Origin: a virus
Lineage: Duplodnaviria; Heunggongvirae; Uroviricota; Caudoviricetes
Strand: one strand, 5' to 3'
IMG/VR virus record: IMGVR_UViG_2706794670_000014
DNA length: 39,161 nt
Shown here: piece after piece, positions 27,876-35,801 of the stretch
Layout of the letters: every line of letters begins with the position of its first letter
Numbering within the stretch: position 1 is the stretch's first letter
Made by a program: the position numbers and the translations under genes
The notes under the pieces: generated by a model
Told to the model about the DNA's origin: nothing
Database searches by the model: none
Seen by the model: the letters and a program-made list of their open reading frames with translations, nothing else

Positions 27876-28433
27876 TTACTTCGTCTTTCCTGCCGGAACA
27901 GCAGTCGNNNNNNNNNNNNNNNNNNNNNNNNNNNNNNNNNNNNNNNNNNNNNNNNNNNNNNNNNNNNNNNNNNNNNNNNNNNNNNNNNNNNNNNNNNNNN
28001 NNNNNNNNNNNNNNNNNNNNNNNNNNNNNNNNNNNNNNNNNNNNNNNNNNNNNNNNNNNNNNNNNNNNNNNNNNNNNNNNNNNNNNNNNNNNNNNNNNNN
28101 NNNNNNNNNNNNNNNNNNNNNNNNNNNNNNNNNNNNNNNNNNNNNNNNNNNNNNNNNNNNNNNNNNNNNNNNNNNNNNNNGCACCGTTGCCAGTGACCGG
28201 CGGACAATGCTCTGCTGTTCCTCGCTGTGCTGCATGTTCTGCTGTTTTTCATTCGTGGCCGCCTTGCTGATTTGTGAAATGAGTTGCAGGGTGCGTTGCT
28301 GGTTTGCCAGCACCAGACGGGCTTCGTCCCGTTCACGCACAAGCACATGATTATTGTCCTCAAGGCGCTGCGTCTTCTGGTGCATTCCCCATACCACGGC
28401 AGCCAGCACGCTCATCACCCCCAGCGCCGCCAT
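27876..28433 (-). CDS. i-spanin-like protein (Rz-like); C-terminal part masked
   Basis: ATG at 28433 with GGAGG upstream. N-terminal transmembrane helix AALGVMSVLAAVVWG followed by a coiled-coil-like sequence, downstream of the endolysin. Confidence 0.45.
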   Translation of the reverse strand: MAALGVMSVLAAVVWGMHQKTQRLEDNNHVLVRERDEARLVLANQQRTLQLISQISKAATNEKQQNMQHSEEQQSIVRRSLATVXXXXXXXXXXXXXXXXXXXXXXXXXXXXXXXXXXXXXXXXXXXXXXXXXXXXXXXXXXXXXXXXXXXXXXXXXXXXXXXXXXXXXXXXXXXXTAVPAGKTK

Positions 28434-28545
28434 ACAGCCTCCGGCAATCAGGGCCGGTAAGGGATTGTTCACCGCAGACACAGCACACCCCGCAGCAGCA
28501 CAACGGCACACAGCAGCGCAATCATGAGCGGTCGCCAGAAGCGGT

Positions 28546-29046
28546 TCAGACTTTCGGCAAATCGTAACGACATAACCATTCATCCGCCGAACGGCGGGCC
28601 TCAAGACCGGGGAGTTTTACCCCCTTTGAATAAATCCAGCGGATATACTGCTTACAGGACGCGGGCATCTGCCCGGCATTGATAAGGCGCAGGAGCGTGG
28701 AGTTGCGAAAGTTCGTTTCACCGGCCCAGAAAATCCAGGAGGCCAGCGCCACCGTCTGACCACGGGTAAGCGGCACCTGAACATGACGATCGATAGCCGC
28801 AAAGGCCCATTTCATGTCCTTTTCCAGCAGCTCCAGACACTCTTCATCAGTTTTTGTCATCCCCGGTTTCACATCCGGGCCGGTATGGCCGTAACAGATG
28901 GTGGGGGTGCCGGTGGGATCAATGTACGTGGTGTTTTCTTTCCCTTCCCAGTAGCCGGTGTAGTGCGTGGCAATGGTGAACGTCCCGGCTCCGGCCAGAA
29001 CAAGGGCAATCAGCTTTTTACGCAGGGGTGCGGGGAGTTTTGGCAT
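28546..29046 (-). CDS. SAR endolysin (lysozyme with an N-terminal signal-arrest-release domain)
   Basis: N-terminal hydrophobic LIALVLAGAGTFTIA followed by a lysozyme-like catalytic region (YIDPTGTPTICYGHT). Confidence 0.8.
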   Translation of the reverse strand: MPKLPAPLRKKLIALVLAGAGTFTIATHYTGYWEGKENTTYIDPTGTPTICYGHTGPDVKPGMTKTDEECLELLEKDMKWAFAAIDRHVQVPLTRGQTVALASWIFWAGETNFRNSTLLRLINAGQMPASCKQYIRWIYSKGVKLPGLEARRSADEWLCRYDLPKV

Positions 29047-29527
29047 TGTTACGCTGTCTCATGGTGTTCTCTGAGTCAGCGTAACCGTGAGGAAAAGGGG
29101 GCAGGANNNNNNNNNNNNNNNNNNNNNNNNNNNNNNNNNNNNNNNNNNNNNNNNNNNNNNNNNNNNNNNNNNNNNNNNNNNNNNNNNNNNNNNNNNNNNN
29201 NNNNNNNNNNNNNNNNNNNNNNNNNNNNNNNNNNNNNNNNNNNNNNNNNNNNNNNNNNNNNNNNNNNNNNNNNNNNNNNNNNNNNNNNNNNNNNNNNNNN
29301 NNNNNNNNNNNNNNNNNNNNNNNNNNNNNNNNNNNNNNNNNNNNNNNNNNNNNNNNAGCAGGTTCAATCCCCTGACGGTGCAGTTCAGCACTGATCACAT
29401 CAACCAGGTCCCGCAGCGTGCCGGGCCAGTTCTTTTTCAGCTCATCATCAGGAATATCATCCAGACGGTCAATCAGCGCGTGCAGCTGTTCGCTGTCACC
29501 AAACATGCTCATCTGTGTTTCAGCCAT
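29018..29527 (-). CDS. Mor/C-family transcription activator (N-terminus visible, remainder masked; true stop unresolved)
   Basis: The N-terminal 57 aa resemble the Mor N-terminal dimerisation region. N-run 29107-29356 covers the rest, so the ORF-track end is not reliable. Confidence 0.5.
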   Translation of the reverse strand: MAETQMSMFGDSEQLHALIDRLDDIPDDELKKNWPGTLRDLVDVISAELHRQGIEPAXXXXXXXXXXXXXXXXXXXXXXXXXXXXXXXXXXXXXXXXXXXXXXXXXXXXXXXXXXXXXXXXXXXXXXXXXXXXXXXXXXXXLPPFPHGYADSENTMRQRNNAKTPRTPA

Positions 29528-29597
29528 ACCCGCCTCCGGTCATCATTACACAGGGCAAGTTTAAAATAAAAATCCCGCGCTGTGGCGGGATTTGGGG

Positions 29598-30110
29598 TTA
29601 ACGGGGGAATGATTTTTCATACAGCCTGCAAACACGCTCATAACTCATCACTGCACGTTCCGACATATCCAGGGCTGCCAGCATTTTGCGGCGGTGCCAG
29701 CGTTTGAGACGCTCCAGCACATCAGAGGCCAGCGCGGGTTGTTGCTCCAGCCACTGCCAGTTAGCCACACCTTCGCCGTCGTTCTGCGCGGCCGTCTGCG
29801 ATTTCACCCAGCGGTTAAGGGCCGTTTCCCCGCCATCAGAGATAAATCCCTGCCGGTGCATCACTTTCCAGATGGCGCGAATTTTGGCGGTCACCGTACC
29901 CGGTTTTAAGGCCCGGTTAACCGGCTTCTGACGCACTTTAAAACCGCGTTTTTTGAAAACATCCAGCACGCGGGATAACTCACCGGGTGACATATCACGG
30001 CAACTGGATTTGCCGGTGGCTGCCAGCAGCGCGGATGTATAGGTATCATGGTCAAGCTGTAGATCGCGTTTTGCGACATGTATTAAGGTAATCAGGGAAG
30101 CGCGATTCAT
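29598..30110 (-). CDS. GemA-like early protein (Mu gp16-like)
   Basis: 170 aa immediately upstream of the Mor-like gene, as gemA is in Mu. Confidence 0.5.
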   Translation of the reverse strand: MNRASLITLIHVAKRDLQLDHDTYTSALLAATGKSSCRDMSPGELSRVLDVFKKRGFKVRQKPVNRALKPGTVTAKIRAIWKVMHRQGFISDGGETALNRWVKSQTAAQNDGEGVANWQWLEQQPALASDVLERLKRWHRRKMLAALDMSERAVMSYERVCRLYEKSFPR

Positions 30111-30122
30111 TATCGTGGCTCC

Positions 30123-30152
30123 ATAAAAAATGGGCGGTGTTACCGCACCGCC
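30123..30152 (-). terminator. Rho-independent terminator on the minus strand, 13 nt upstream of the gemA-like start
   Basis: Stem GGCGGTG / CACCGCC with a 6-nt loop, followed on the minus strand by TTTTTTAT. Confidence 0.5.
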
Positions 30153-30180
30153 ATGTCAATTAACATAAAAGGAAAAATCT

Positions 30181-30420
30181 ATGTCAGATATAAAAAATGC
30201 ACTTGATGTTGCCGCATTCACAATGGCTGGAAATCTTATGGTAACCCTGTTCGATAAGGGGCTGATTTCCCGTGAGGAGGCAATACATATTATCAATCTC
30301 GCTCAAAAAAACTCTACCCCGGAAAATGCAGAAGATATCCAGGATGGCTCATATATTAATACCGACTGGCATTTCGACAATCTCCGGGCCTGTATGGGGA
30401 TTACCGCTGAAAAAGATTAA
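30181..30420 (+). CDS. Hypothetical 79-aa protein in the AT-rich cassette, oriented opposite to the early operon
   Basis: ATG at 30181 with AAGGAAAAA RBS and an upstream TAACAT -10-like hexamer. Its 3' end overlaps the convergent 95-aa gene by 20 bp. Confidence 0.5.
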   Translation: MSDIKNALDVAAFTMAGNLMVTLFDKGLISREEAIHIINLAQKNSTPENAEDIQDGSYINTDWHFDNLRACMGITAEKD

Positions 30421-30688
30421 AAATTTTTGCATAATGTTCAGATGTAAGAATTGCTGAACCATCAACACCGAGCCTACGGCGAACGTATTCCTCGCGGGCT
30501 ATTTTATTATCCAGAGATACAGCATCCTTAATCAGGTTAATCTCCCGCTCCATTATCAAAAGGGCTTCTCTGGCTGCAAGATTTTCTTTTATCGCATATT
30601 CGATAATGTCCCGCATACGTTCAAGCATGCCGATTTTAGCCAGTTCTTCGTCGATAGATTTAGGCGCAAATTTGATTTCTTTTTCCAT
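30401..30688 (-). CDS. Hypothetical 95-aa helical protein in the AT-rich cassette
   Basis: ATG at 30688 lies one nt after the TAA of the upstream zinc-ribbon ORF, suggesting translational coupling. The ORF track starts it 15 nt earlier. Confidence 0.5.
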   Translation of the reverse strand: MEKEIKFAPKSIDEELAKIGMLERMRDIIEYAIKENLAAREALLIMEREINLIKDAVSLDNKIAREEYVRRRLGVDGSAILTSEHYAKIFNLFQR

Positions 30689-30689
30689 A

Positions 30690-30833
30690 TTATTCATCCT
30701 CACAATTTATACATGCAGTGTCGTCGCCCATATCGCAGTGGTTACATTTTATCTCACCACAATGTGGGCACTCTTTCAGATACTCCGGGTCCTCATTTCC
30801 ACAGGTGGGACATTCAACAATTTGCTCATCCAT
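30690..30833 (-). CDS. 47-aa double zinc-ribbon protein with eight cysteines (absent from the ORF track because it is under 60 aa)
   Basis: Translation MDEQIVECPTCGNEDPEYLKECPHCGEIKCNHCDMGDDTACINCEDE has four CxxC pairs. Its start overlaps the stop of the upstream 110-aa gene. Confidence 0.45.
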   Translation of the reverse strand: MDEQIVECPTCGNEDPEYLKECPHCGEIKCNHCDMGDDTACINCEDE

Positions 30834-31158
30834 TATGTATCCCCTGTAATTCCGGCAAGGCCGAAAGATGGCACCAGTGCGTCACCTGTCCGTCCTCATC
30901 TTCAAGGCAGGCTCCGGTTTCTTCATCAATAAAAAAGCCTTCATACCCCATATGGCCGATGCGCAGTTCCTGTTGGTCACCATACTGAACAATCAGCACG
31001 ACAGCCTCCATATCAGGCGGAAATGCGTCATCCAGTGAATGCCAGGGATAACCGCGCAAATCCCCGAAATAAACGCCGGTCAGCGTTCCGCCACAGAGCG
31101 GCATTCCGGCGGCACACACAAGAGGTTCATCTGATTCAACAAATAAGGTCGTTATCAT
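30826..31158 (-). CDS. Hypothetical 110-aa acidic protein
   Basis: ATG at 31158 overlaps the stop of the upstream gene (ATGA). Confidence 0.45.
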   Translation of the reverse strand: MITTLFVESDEPLVCAAGMPLCGGTLTGVYFGDLRGYPWHSLDDAFPPDMEAVVLIVQYGDQQELRIGHMGYEGFFIDEETGACLEDEDGQVTHWCHLSALPELQGIHNG

Positions 31159-31706
31159 GGCGTTAACTCCCGTAATACAGCGTCCTCGGCAGTCCGGCGA
31201 CGGTAATAAACTGCGTGAGCAGAATGTTCAGATATTCCAAACTTTTCGCCAATTTCCCGGAATGACAGACGGCGTGGGTAATCGGAATCACGCAGCTCAC
31301 GTATAAGACGTACATCATCATCAGATATGCGCGTGCCGGGGCGTAACTCTCCGCACTTTGTTAATCCAGCACCAATCATTCCTGCCCGACATCTGACAGA
31401 ATCTTTATTACGTCCGAGATATTCTCCCATTTGCTGGCAGGTCATTGTTCTGGCATTTTTTCGAATAAACTTATCTTCATCAGGTGTAAATCTTGGGTGT
31501 TTATATTTCAGTAACTCCGGGTATGAACTGCGCAATACACCAGTCCGGTTATATACAGCCCAGACAGTTCTTTTTATTCTGGCAGCAATATCCTTAACCG
31601 GGGTGGATGAATAAAGCGCAATCAGCAGCGCATCTTCTTCAGGTGTCCACGGACGGACATGAGCGGGGGCGCGACCTTTTAGTCCCATGGGTTGTAATTT
31701 CATCAT
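31155..31706 (-). CDS. DNA-binding protein with three tandem HTH-like repeats; the C-terminal repeat resembles the Mor/C-family HTH
   Basis: Repeats RPWTPEEDALLIALY..., PRFTPDEDKFIRKNA..., TRISDDDVRLIRELR...LSFREIGEKFGISEHSAHAVYYRRR. Confidence 0.5.
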   Translation of the reverse strand: MMKLQPMGLKGRAPAHVRPWTPEEDALLIALYSSTPVKDIAARIKRTVWAVYNRTGVLRSSYPELLKYKHPRFTPDEDKFIRKNARTMTCQQMGEYLGRNKDSVRCRAGMIGAGLTKCGELRPGTRISDDDVRLIRELRDSDYPRRLSFREIGEKFGISEHSAHAVYYRRRTAEDAVLRELTP

Positions 31707-31709
31707 GCA

Positions 31710-32225
31710 TCACCCCCTGACTCGCTTTTCAGCAGCATAAAACTCATCAGACAGTATTTCGGTCATTTTCTGTTTTGCGGGTTTTACGCCGCACTGAAGG
31801 TAAATCACATCGTCAACGCAGAACCACTTCACAGGGCCAAACAGGATTGCCGAGAAATCAATACCCAACCAGAACAACAGCGCATCGGTTCTGGCATACG
31901 TGACGGGCGAATATTCACGCCACAGACTGTTCAGTTCATCAGAGGCAACACGCAGGGTTTTAGGGATACGTGATGTGCGCGGTGTGCAGCTCCAGCCATT
32001 CGACGCAGTCGGTTTTCGCCATAAGTCGCGATGAAAAGGATATTTGTCCTCCGTAAAACGCAGTCCCTTAAAGTAAAATCCACTGATACCGGATACAAAT
32101 ACCGACCGGCACGCAACATTCAGCACGGCCTCAAGGCGTTTTGCCTCATCCTTAACTTTCTGGCAGTCCTGCTGGTATTTTTGCCACGCAGCCAGCGCGG
32201 AAGGGTTTGATGTTTTAAAGAACAT
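31710..32225 (-). CDS. Hypothetical early protein (171 aa)
   Basis: ORF in the early operon. No motif recognised. Confidence 0.4.
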   Translation of the reverse strand: MFFKTSNPSALAAWQKYQQDCQKVKDEAKRLEAVLNVACRSVFVSGISGFYFKGLRFTEDKYPFHRDLWRKPTASNGWSCTPRTSRIPKTLRVASDELNSLWREYSPVTYARTDALLFWLGIDFSAILFGPVKWFCVDDVIYLQCGVKPAKQKMTEILSDEFYAAEKRVRG

Positions 32226-32758
32226 TACGCCACCTCCGCAGATATCCCGGCAGGCGCTGCTGTCCGGTCAACAATCAGGTAGCGCAGAACATGTTCAGTG
32301 ATATTCCAGCCGCTTAAACCGCAGATAATGACGCCCAGGCGTATGTCGATATACGCCATCACAAACTGGGGCACGCCTTCTTTCATGGCCTGCTCATCAA
32401 CTTCAGCCACCACATAAACGGTTTCACAGGTCAGAACGCCCTGAGCAAATTCCCACGCCATCGACGGAATATCATGCCCCTCAATCCATGGCAGGGATTT
32501 TCTGAAGCCGCACCACTGAACATCATCAGCCGCAGATTCCTGGCTGCATTTGCGACGAACCGGCTGCACCGGGCGGGGACGCGGAATATCATAAAAACCG
32601 TTACATTCCGTCAGCACGCCTGCATCAACCGCATCACGCAGAAAATAAACCATGGAGGATGGCGGCATATTCATTTTTTCAGCCAGTACACCGCAGGTCA
32701 GGCGGCCATAAATACACAGCCAGTTTTTAACCCCTTCAAGCACTTTTGCATCAATCAT
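32225..32758 (-). CDS. Hypothetical early protein (177 aa)
   Basis: ORF in the early operon. No motif recognised. Confidence 0.4.
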   Translation of the reverse strand: MIDAKVLEGVKNWLCIYGRLTCGVLAEKMNMPPSSMVYFLRDAVDAGVLTECNGFYDIPRPRPVQPVRRKCSQESAADDVQWCGFRKSLPWIEGHDIPSMAWEFAQGVLTCETVYVVAEVDEQAMKEGVPQFVMAYIDIRLGVIICGLSGWNITEHVLRYLIVDRTAAPAGISAEVA

Positions 32759-32903
32759 GATTTATTTCCCCACCACATTATTAATGACGATATAAACGTA
32801 TTTCATATTTCTTAACCCTTATTTTCTGTTTTCAGGCGCAAGCAGTCCCCTGACGCGAGCGCCATAATTAAAATGAAGTGATATTTAATTGATTAATGCG
32901 GTG

Positions 32904-33434
32904 TTATTTATTCAGTCCGGCGTCCTGTTCAAAAGGCTCGACATAAAAACTTTCAGCGCCTTTATTCACCTTGATACCGGCAATGCCTTTCACAGCATCC
33001 GGCTCCGCCAGGACGGCTTCCTTGTTCACTTCCTCTTTCGTGCGGATGAAACGCTCAAGCCCCATACGGCGCAGCATTTCAATCACACCTTCCACATCAC
33101 GGCTGACGCTGCATGATGGCGTTCCCAGCCGCCATGACACCGTTCCGGTGGTCAGATTGGCTGTTTTGGTTTTGCCGCCGTTCGTCAGCTCATCACGGTT
33201 GGTTTTGCACCAGTCCTGAATCCCTTTAAAAAGCACTTTGATTTGCTTTTTAAGATTTTCAATCTGCGGCGTATAACGGGCGGTGATTTCTGCCACTTCG
33301 TCATTCATCGCCGTTTCCAGGCGCAGCGCCTCTCGCTGAATATCTCCCAGGGTGCGGATATCACGGCTGACTTCTTCCCGGGTCTGCGGTGCCGCCTCGG
33401 CTGCGGCCTTTAATTTTGTAACGCGTTTAGCCAT
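32904..33434 (-). CDS. gam: Gam-like host-nuclease inhibitor (Ku-like DNA end-binding protein)
   Basis: Strong resemblance to Mu Gam along its length, including ...NRDELTNGGKTKTANLTTGTVSWR...RFIRTKEEVNKEA... Confidence 0.8.
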   Translation of the reverse strand: MAKRVTKLKAAAEAAPQTREEVSRDIRTLGDIQREALRLETAMNDEVAEITARYTPQIENLKKQIKVLFKGIQDWCKTNRDELTNGGKTKTANLTTGTVSWRLGTPSCSVSRDVEGVIEMLRRMGLERFIRTKEEVNKEAVLAEPDAVKGIAGIKVNKGAESFYVEPFEQDAGLNK

Positions 33435-33445
33435 TTTGTTTTTCC

Positions 33446-33739
33446 TTATTGCAGTGTGCCTGATGCTTTATGCACGCGGTGGCGTTTAATGATGGCATCC
33501 GCTCCAAAAGACTGTGCAGATGCCTGAAATTCCGCTGAGAGAAACTGAATAATTGCAGGACTGTGATACTGGAGAATACTTGCATAAACGTCACAGAGTG
33601 ACGTCGGCCTGTTATCCGTATCACGTTCTGTTTTCACATCCACTCCAATCTTTTCATGCACTTCAACACAGTCATTGCCTGCCAACTTTTCGTCATGCGA
33701 AACATGATTAAATTCAAAAATAACGCGTACTTTGCTCAT
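33446..33739 (-). CDS. Small early protein, paralogue A (97 aa from the MSKVRVIFEF start)
   Basis: ATG at 33739 with an AGGGG RBS, five nt after the stop of paralogue B. Shares the MSKV(V)R(I)IFE N-terminus with the upstream gene. Confidence 0.45.
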   Translation of the reverse strand: MSKVRVIFEFNHVSHDEKLAGNDCVEVHEKIGVDVKTERDTDNRPTSLCDVYASILQYHSPAIIQFLSAEFQASAQSFGADAIIKRHRVHKASGTLQ

Positions 33740-33743
33740 GGAA

Positions 33744-34016
33744 TTACCCCTGTTGATTAAATTCATTACCGTTAATAACCCCGGAAGCCATGCCTCTGTC
33801 TTTCATGAATGCACTGGCTTTCATTGCCACAAACTCTGCGAAGTTTCTGCTTTCTGCCAGCATAACCACCCCAAAAATCATGGCGGGTCCATTATCTTTC
33901 TTCTTTATTCCGGTTGAACGTATATCCAGACTTACCCCTCTGTGCGTGCTGCCATCAGAGTTTTTGCAGATAACATCTTCCTTGTATTCGAAAATAATGC
34001 GTACGACTTTACTCAT
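33744..34016 (-). CDS. Small early protein, paralogue B (90 aa)
   Basis: N-terminus MSKVVRIIFEY parallels the downstream paralogue. Confidence 0.45.
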   Translation of the reverse strand: MSKVVRIIFEYKEDVICKNSDGSTHRGVSLDIRSTGIKKKDNGPAMIFGVVMLAESRNFAEFVAMKASAFMKDRGMASGVINGNEFNQQG

Positions 34017-34294
34017 CCTCTGGTCCTCGTTCTGTTTGGATAACTGACCCGGCGTCTAACCTCACGGCAGAACCGAATCATGGCATTAAAGGCTTCTTCC
34101 TCCGTCACCGCTTCCGGTATCCCCGGAACCAGTAACTGCTCCTGTTCATCACGTCCATGACGCGCCATAACCTCAATCACATGCCGTACCGTGGCAGGCT
34201 TTCCGGCAACTATCGGCAATGCACCTTCCGGCAGGACGTAACCAAACTCAATAAGACCACTCGACCACGCCCATGCAATGAGATTTTTTTTCAC
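34013..34294 (-). CDS. Hypothetical early protein (93 aa)
   Basis: ORF in the early operon. Overlaps its neighbours by a few nt. Confidence 0.4.
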   Translation of the reverse strand: MKKNLIAWAWSSGLIEFGYVLPEGALPIVAGKPATVRHVIEVMARHGRDEQEQLLVPGIPEAVTEEEAFNAMIRFCREVRRRVSYPNRTRTRG

Positions 34295-34295
34295 C

Positions 34296-34562
34296 TCACA
34301 CCTCCCAGTAAACCGTGCAGCCGCTGATGCGGGTGGCCTTCACACGGCGGCGCAGGCCGTTGGTCTGTATGGTGATTTCAATTTCACCGGTTCCCTGCAC
34401 GTTGCCTACCGGCGGCGTGGTTTTCAGTGCAAAACGTTGCGGATAGCGCTTACTGCGTTCCAGTACCGCACCGGCAAGTTCGGTCAGACGGCGCGCGCTG
34501 TTCAGGGAGTCGAATAAATTCATTTTGTTACCGCAGGATTGCATATTCATATAACACCTCAT
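34296..34562 (-). CDS. Hypothetical early protein (about 80-88 aa, start ambiguous)
   Basis: Several closely spaced ATGs after the upstream stop. A GAGGTG RBS favours the second. Confidence 0.35.
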   Translation of the reverse strand: MRCYMNMQSCGNKMNLFDSLNSARRLTELAGAVLERSKRYPQRFALKTTPPVGNVQGTGEIEITIQTNGLRRRVKATRISGCTVYWEV

Positions 34563-34784
34563 TTAGCTGACTTGTTTCGCACCAACAGAACGGCATATTC
34601 CGCTGTAAACTTCTGTCGCACCTTCGCGATCAAGTCCGGCAGATATCACCATTCGTGTGCGGTCATTAAATTCAAAAAGTAAATCGCCACATTCTTTATT
34701 TTCGGCCAGTGAAATCACCTTCACGTTATCGAAATTAACCAGGTAAAAGCGTCCGTAAATATCAGGAATATTAAATACCGCCAT
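34563..34784 (-). CDS. Kil-like small early protein, assigned by position directly after B
   Basis: 73 aa from the ATG at 34784, which follows the B stop after two nt. Size and position match Mu kil; the sequence identity is not verified. Confidence 0.35.
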   Translation of the reverse strand: MAVFNIPDIYGRFYLVNFDNVKVISLAENKECGDLLFEFNDRTRMVISAGLDREGATEVYSGICRSVGAKQVS

Positions 34785-34786
34785 AA

Positions 34787-35719
34787 TCACACCTGTGAGA
34801 GTAATTCAGGGTTGGTATAAACCTCTTTAAAGGCCGCATTAATATGTTTTTCTGTCAGCGCCGCGCCTTCACCGCTGGCGGTGAGCCACGCCTGGTTAAG
34901 CGTATGTGTCAGAACGCGTAACGCTCCCGGCTTTTCAGCGATAGCCTGCATGACGGCCAGCTCGGCCTCACCACTGATCCCCCACGCCATGGCAATGGCC
35001 AGCACATCCGCCTTTTTGGCCTTGCGAAGTTGTTTTGTACGGGCAAGACGGCTGAACAGGCGCGATAAATCATCAAAGGCGCGGCGTCCACCTTTAAACA
35101 ATCCGCGCGGGTTACCAATAAGCACCATCCCGATCCCCGTGGCGTCCTGAATTGCCCGGAGTTGCTCCAGACCGTCAATACCAAGATGATCCGCCTCATC
35201 CACAATCACCAGTCCACGCGTTCCCATCAGGCGACGGCGGATGGCGCGGGATAATGCCCCTTTGTTCGCGCGGGTGTAATCAATCCCCAGCGCATCGGCC
35301 AGCTCCAGCAGACACTCCGTGACGCTGGAGTGCGCGGGTGACAGGGTGATCATCCAGGTGTTTGGTTGCTCCTGGCAGTAATTACGGGCAGTGGCCGTTT
35401 TACCCACACCCGGTACGCCCACAATAACGTTAATACAGCCCATCAGGCGAACCGCCTGAAACAGTGCGCGCAGCTCCTGGACTGTCTGAGTTTCCACAAA
35501 CTGCGGCGGTTCCGGCAGTGCGCTTTGTTTATTCCAGTTCTCATACCAGGAGCGCAGGGAAGCAGCCACAGCAGCGTTATCGCCTTTATATTTTCCCTTA
35601 CGGAAAGCCGATAATGTGCCGTCGGAAATTCCCGCCTCTCTGGCGATGGCATACTGCGTCAGTACGCCGCCATCAATAAGTTCATCAATGGTCTTGATTA
35701 CATCGTTAATATCGGTCAT
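34787..35719 (-). CDS. B: Mu B-like ATP-dependent target DNA activator
   Basis: Shares LPEPPQFVETQTV, the Walker A motif GVGKT, VIVDEADHLG and QKPGALR with Mu B. ATG at 35719 with GAGGTG RBS; the ORF track starts at an upstream GTG. Confidence 0.85.
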   Translation of the reverse strand: MTDINDVIKTIDELIDGGVLTQYAIAREAGISDGTLSAFRKGKYKGDNAAVAASLRSWYENWNKQSALPEPPQFVETQTVQELRALFQAVRLMGCINVIVGVPGVGKTATARNYCQEQPNTWMITLSPAHSSVTECLLELADALGIDYTRANKGALSRAIRRRLMGTRGLVIVDEADHLGIDGLEQLRAIQDATGIGMVLIGNPRGLFKGGRRAFDDLSRLFSRLARTKQLRKAKKADVLAIAMAWGISGEAELAVMQAIAEKPGALRVLTHTLNQAWLTASGEGAALTEKHINAAFKEVYTNPELLSQV

Positions 35720-35801
35720 ATTATTCACCTCGCTTGAGACAGCATTCTCCGAGACTGAAACCTCAAATAACCTGAGTCACCCCTCGGGTTATTTTTTTAT
35801 T

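Noticed and set aside
27866-28363. ORF embedded in another frame within the spanin-like gene, considered as an o-spanin (Rz1-like lipoprotein)
   Set aside because: The translation has no signal peptide or lipobox and is not Pro-rich. Part of it is masked. Not supported.
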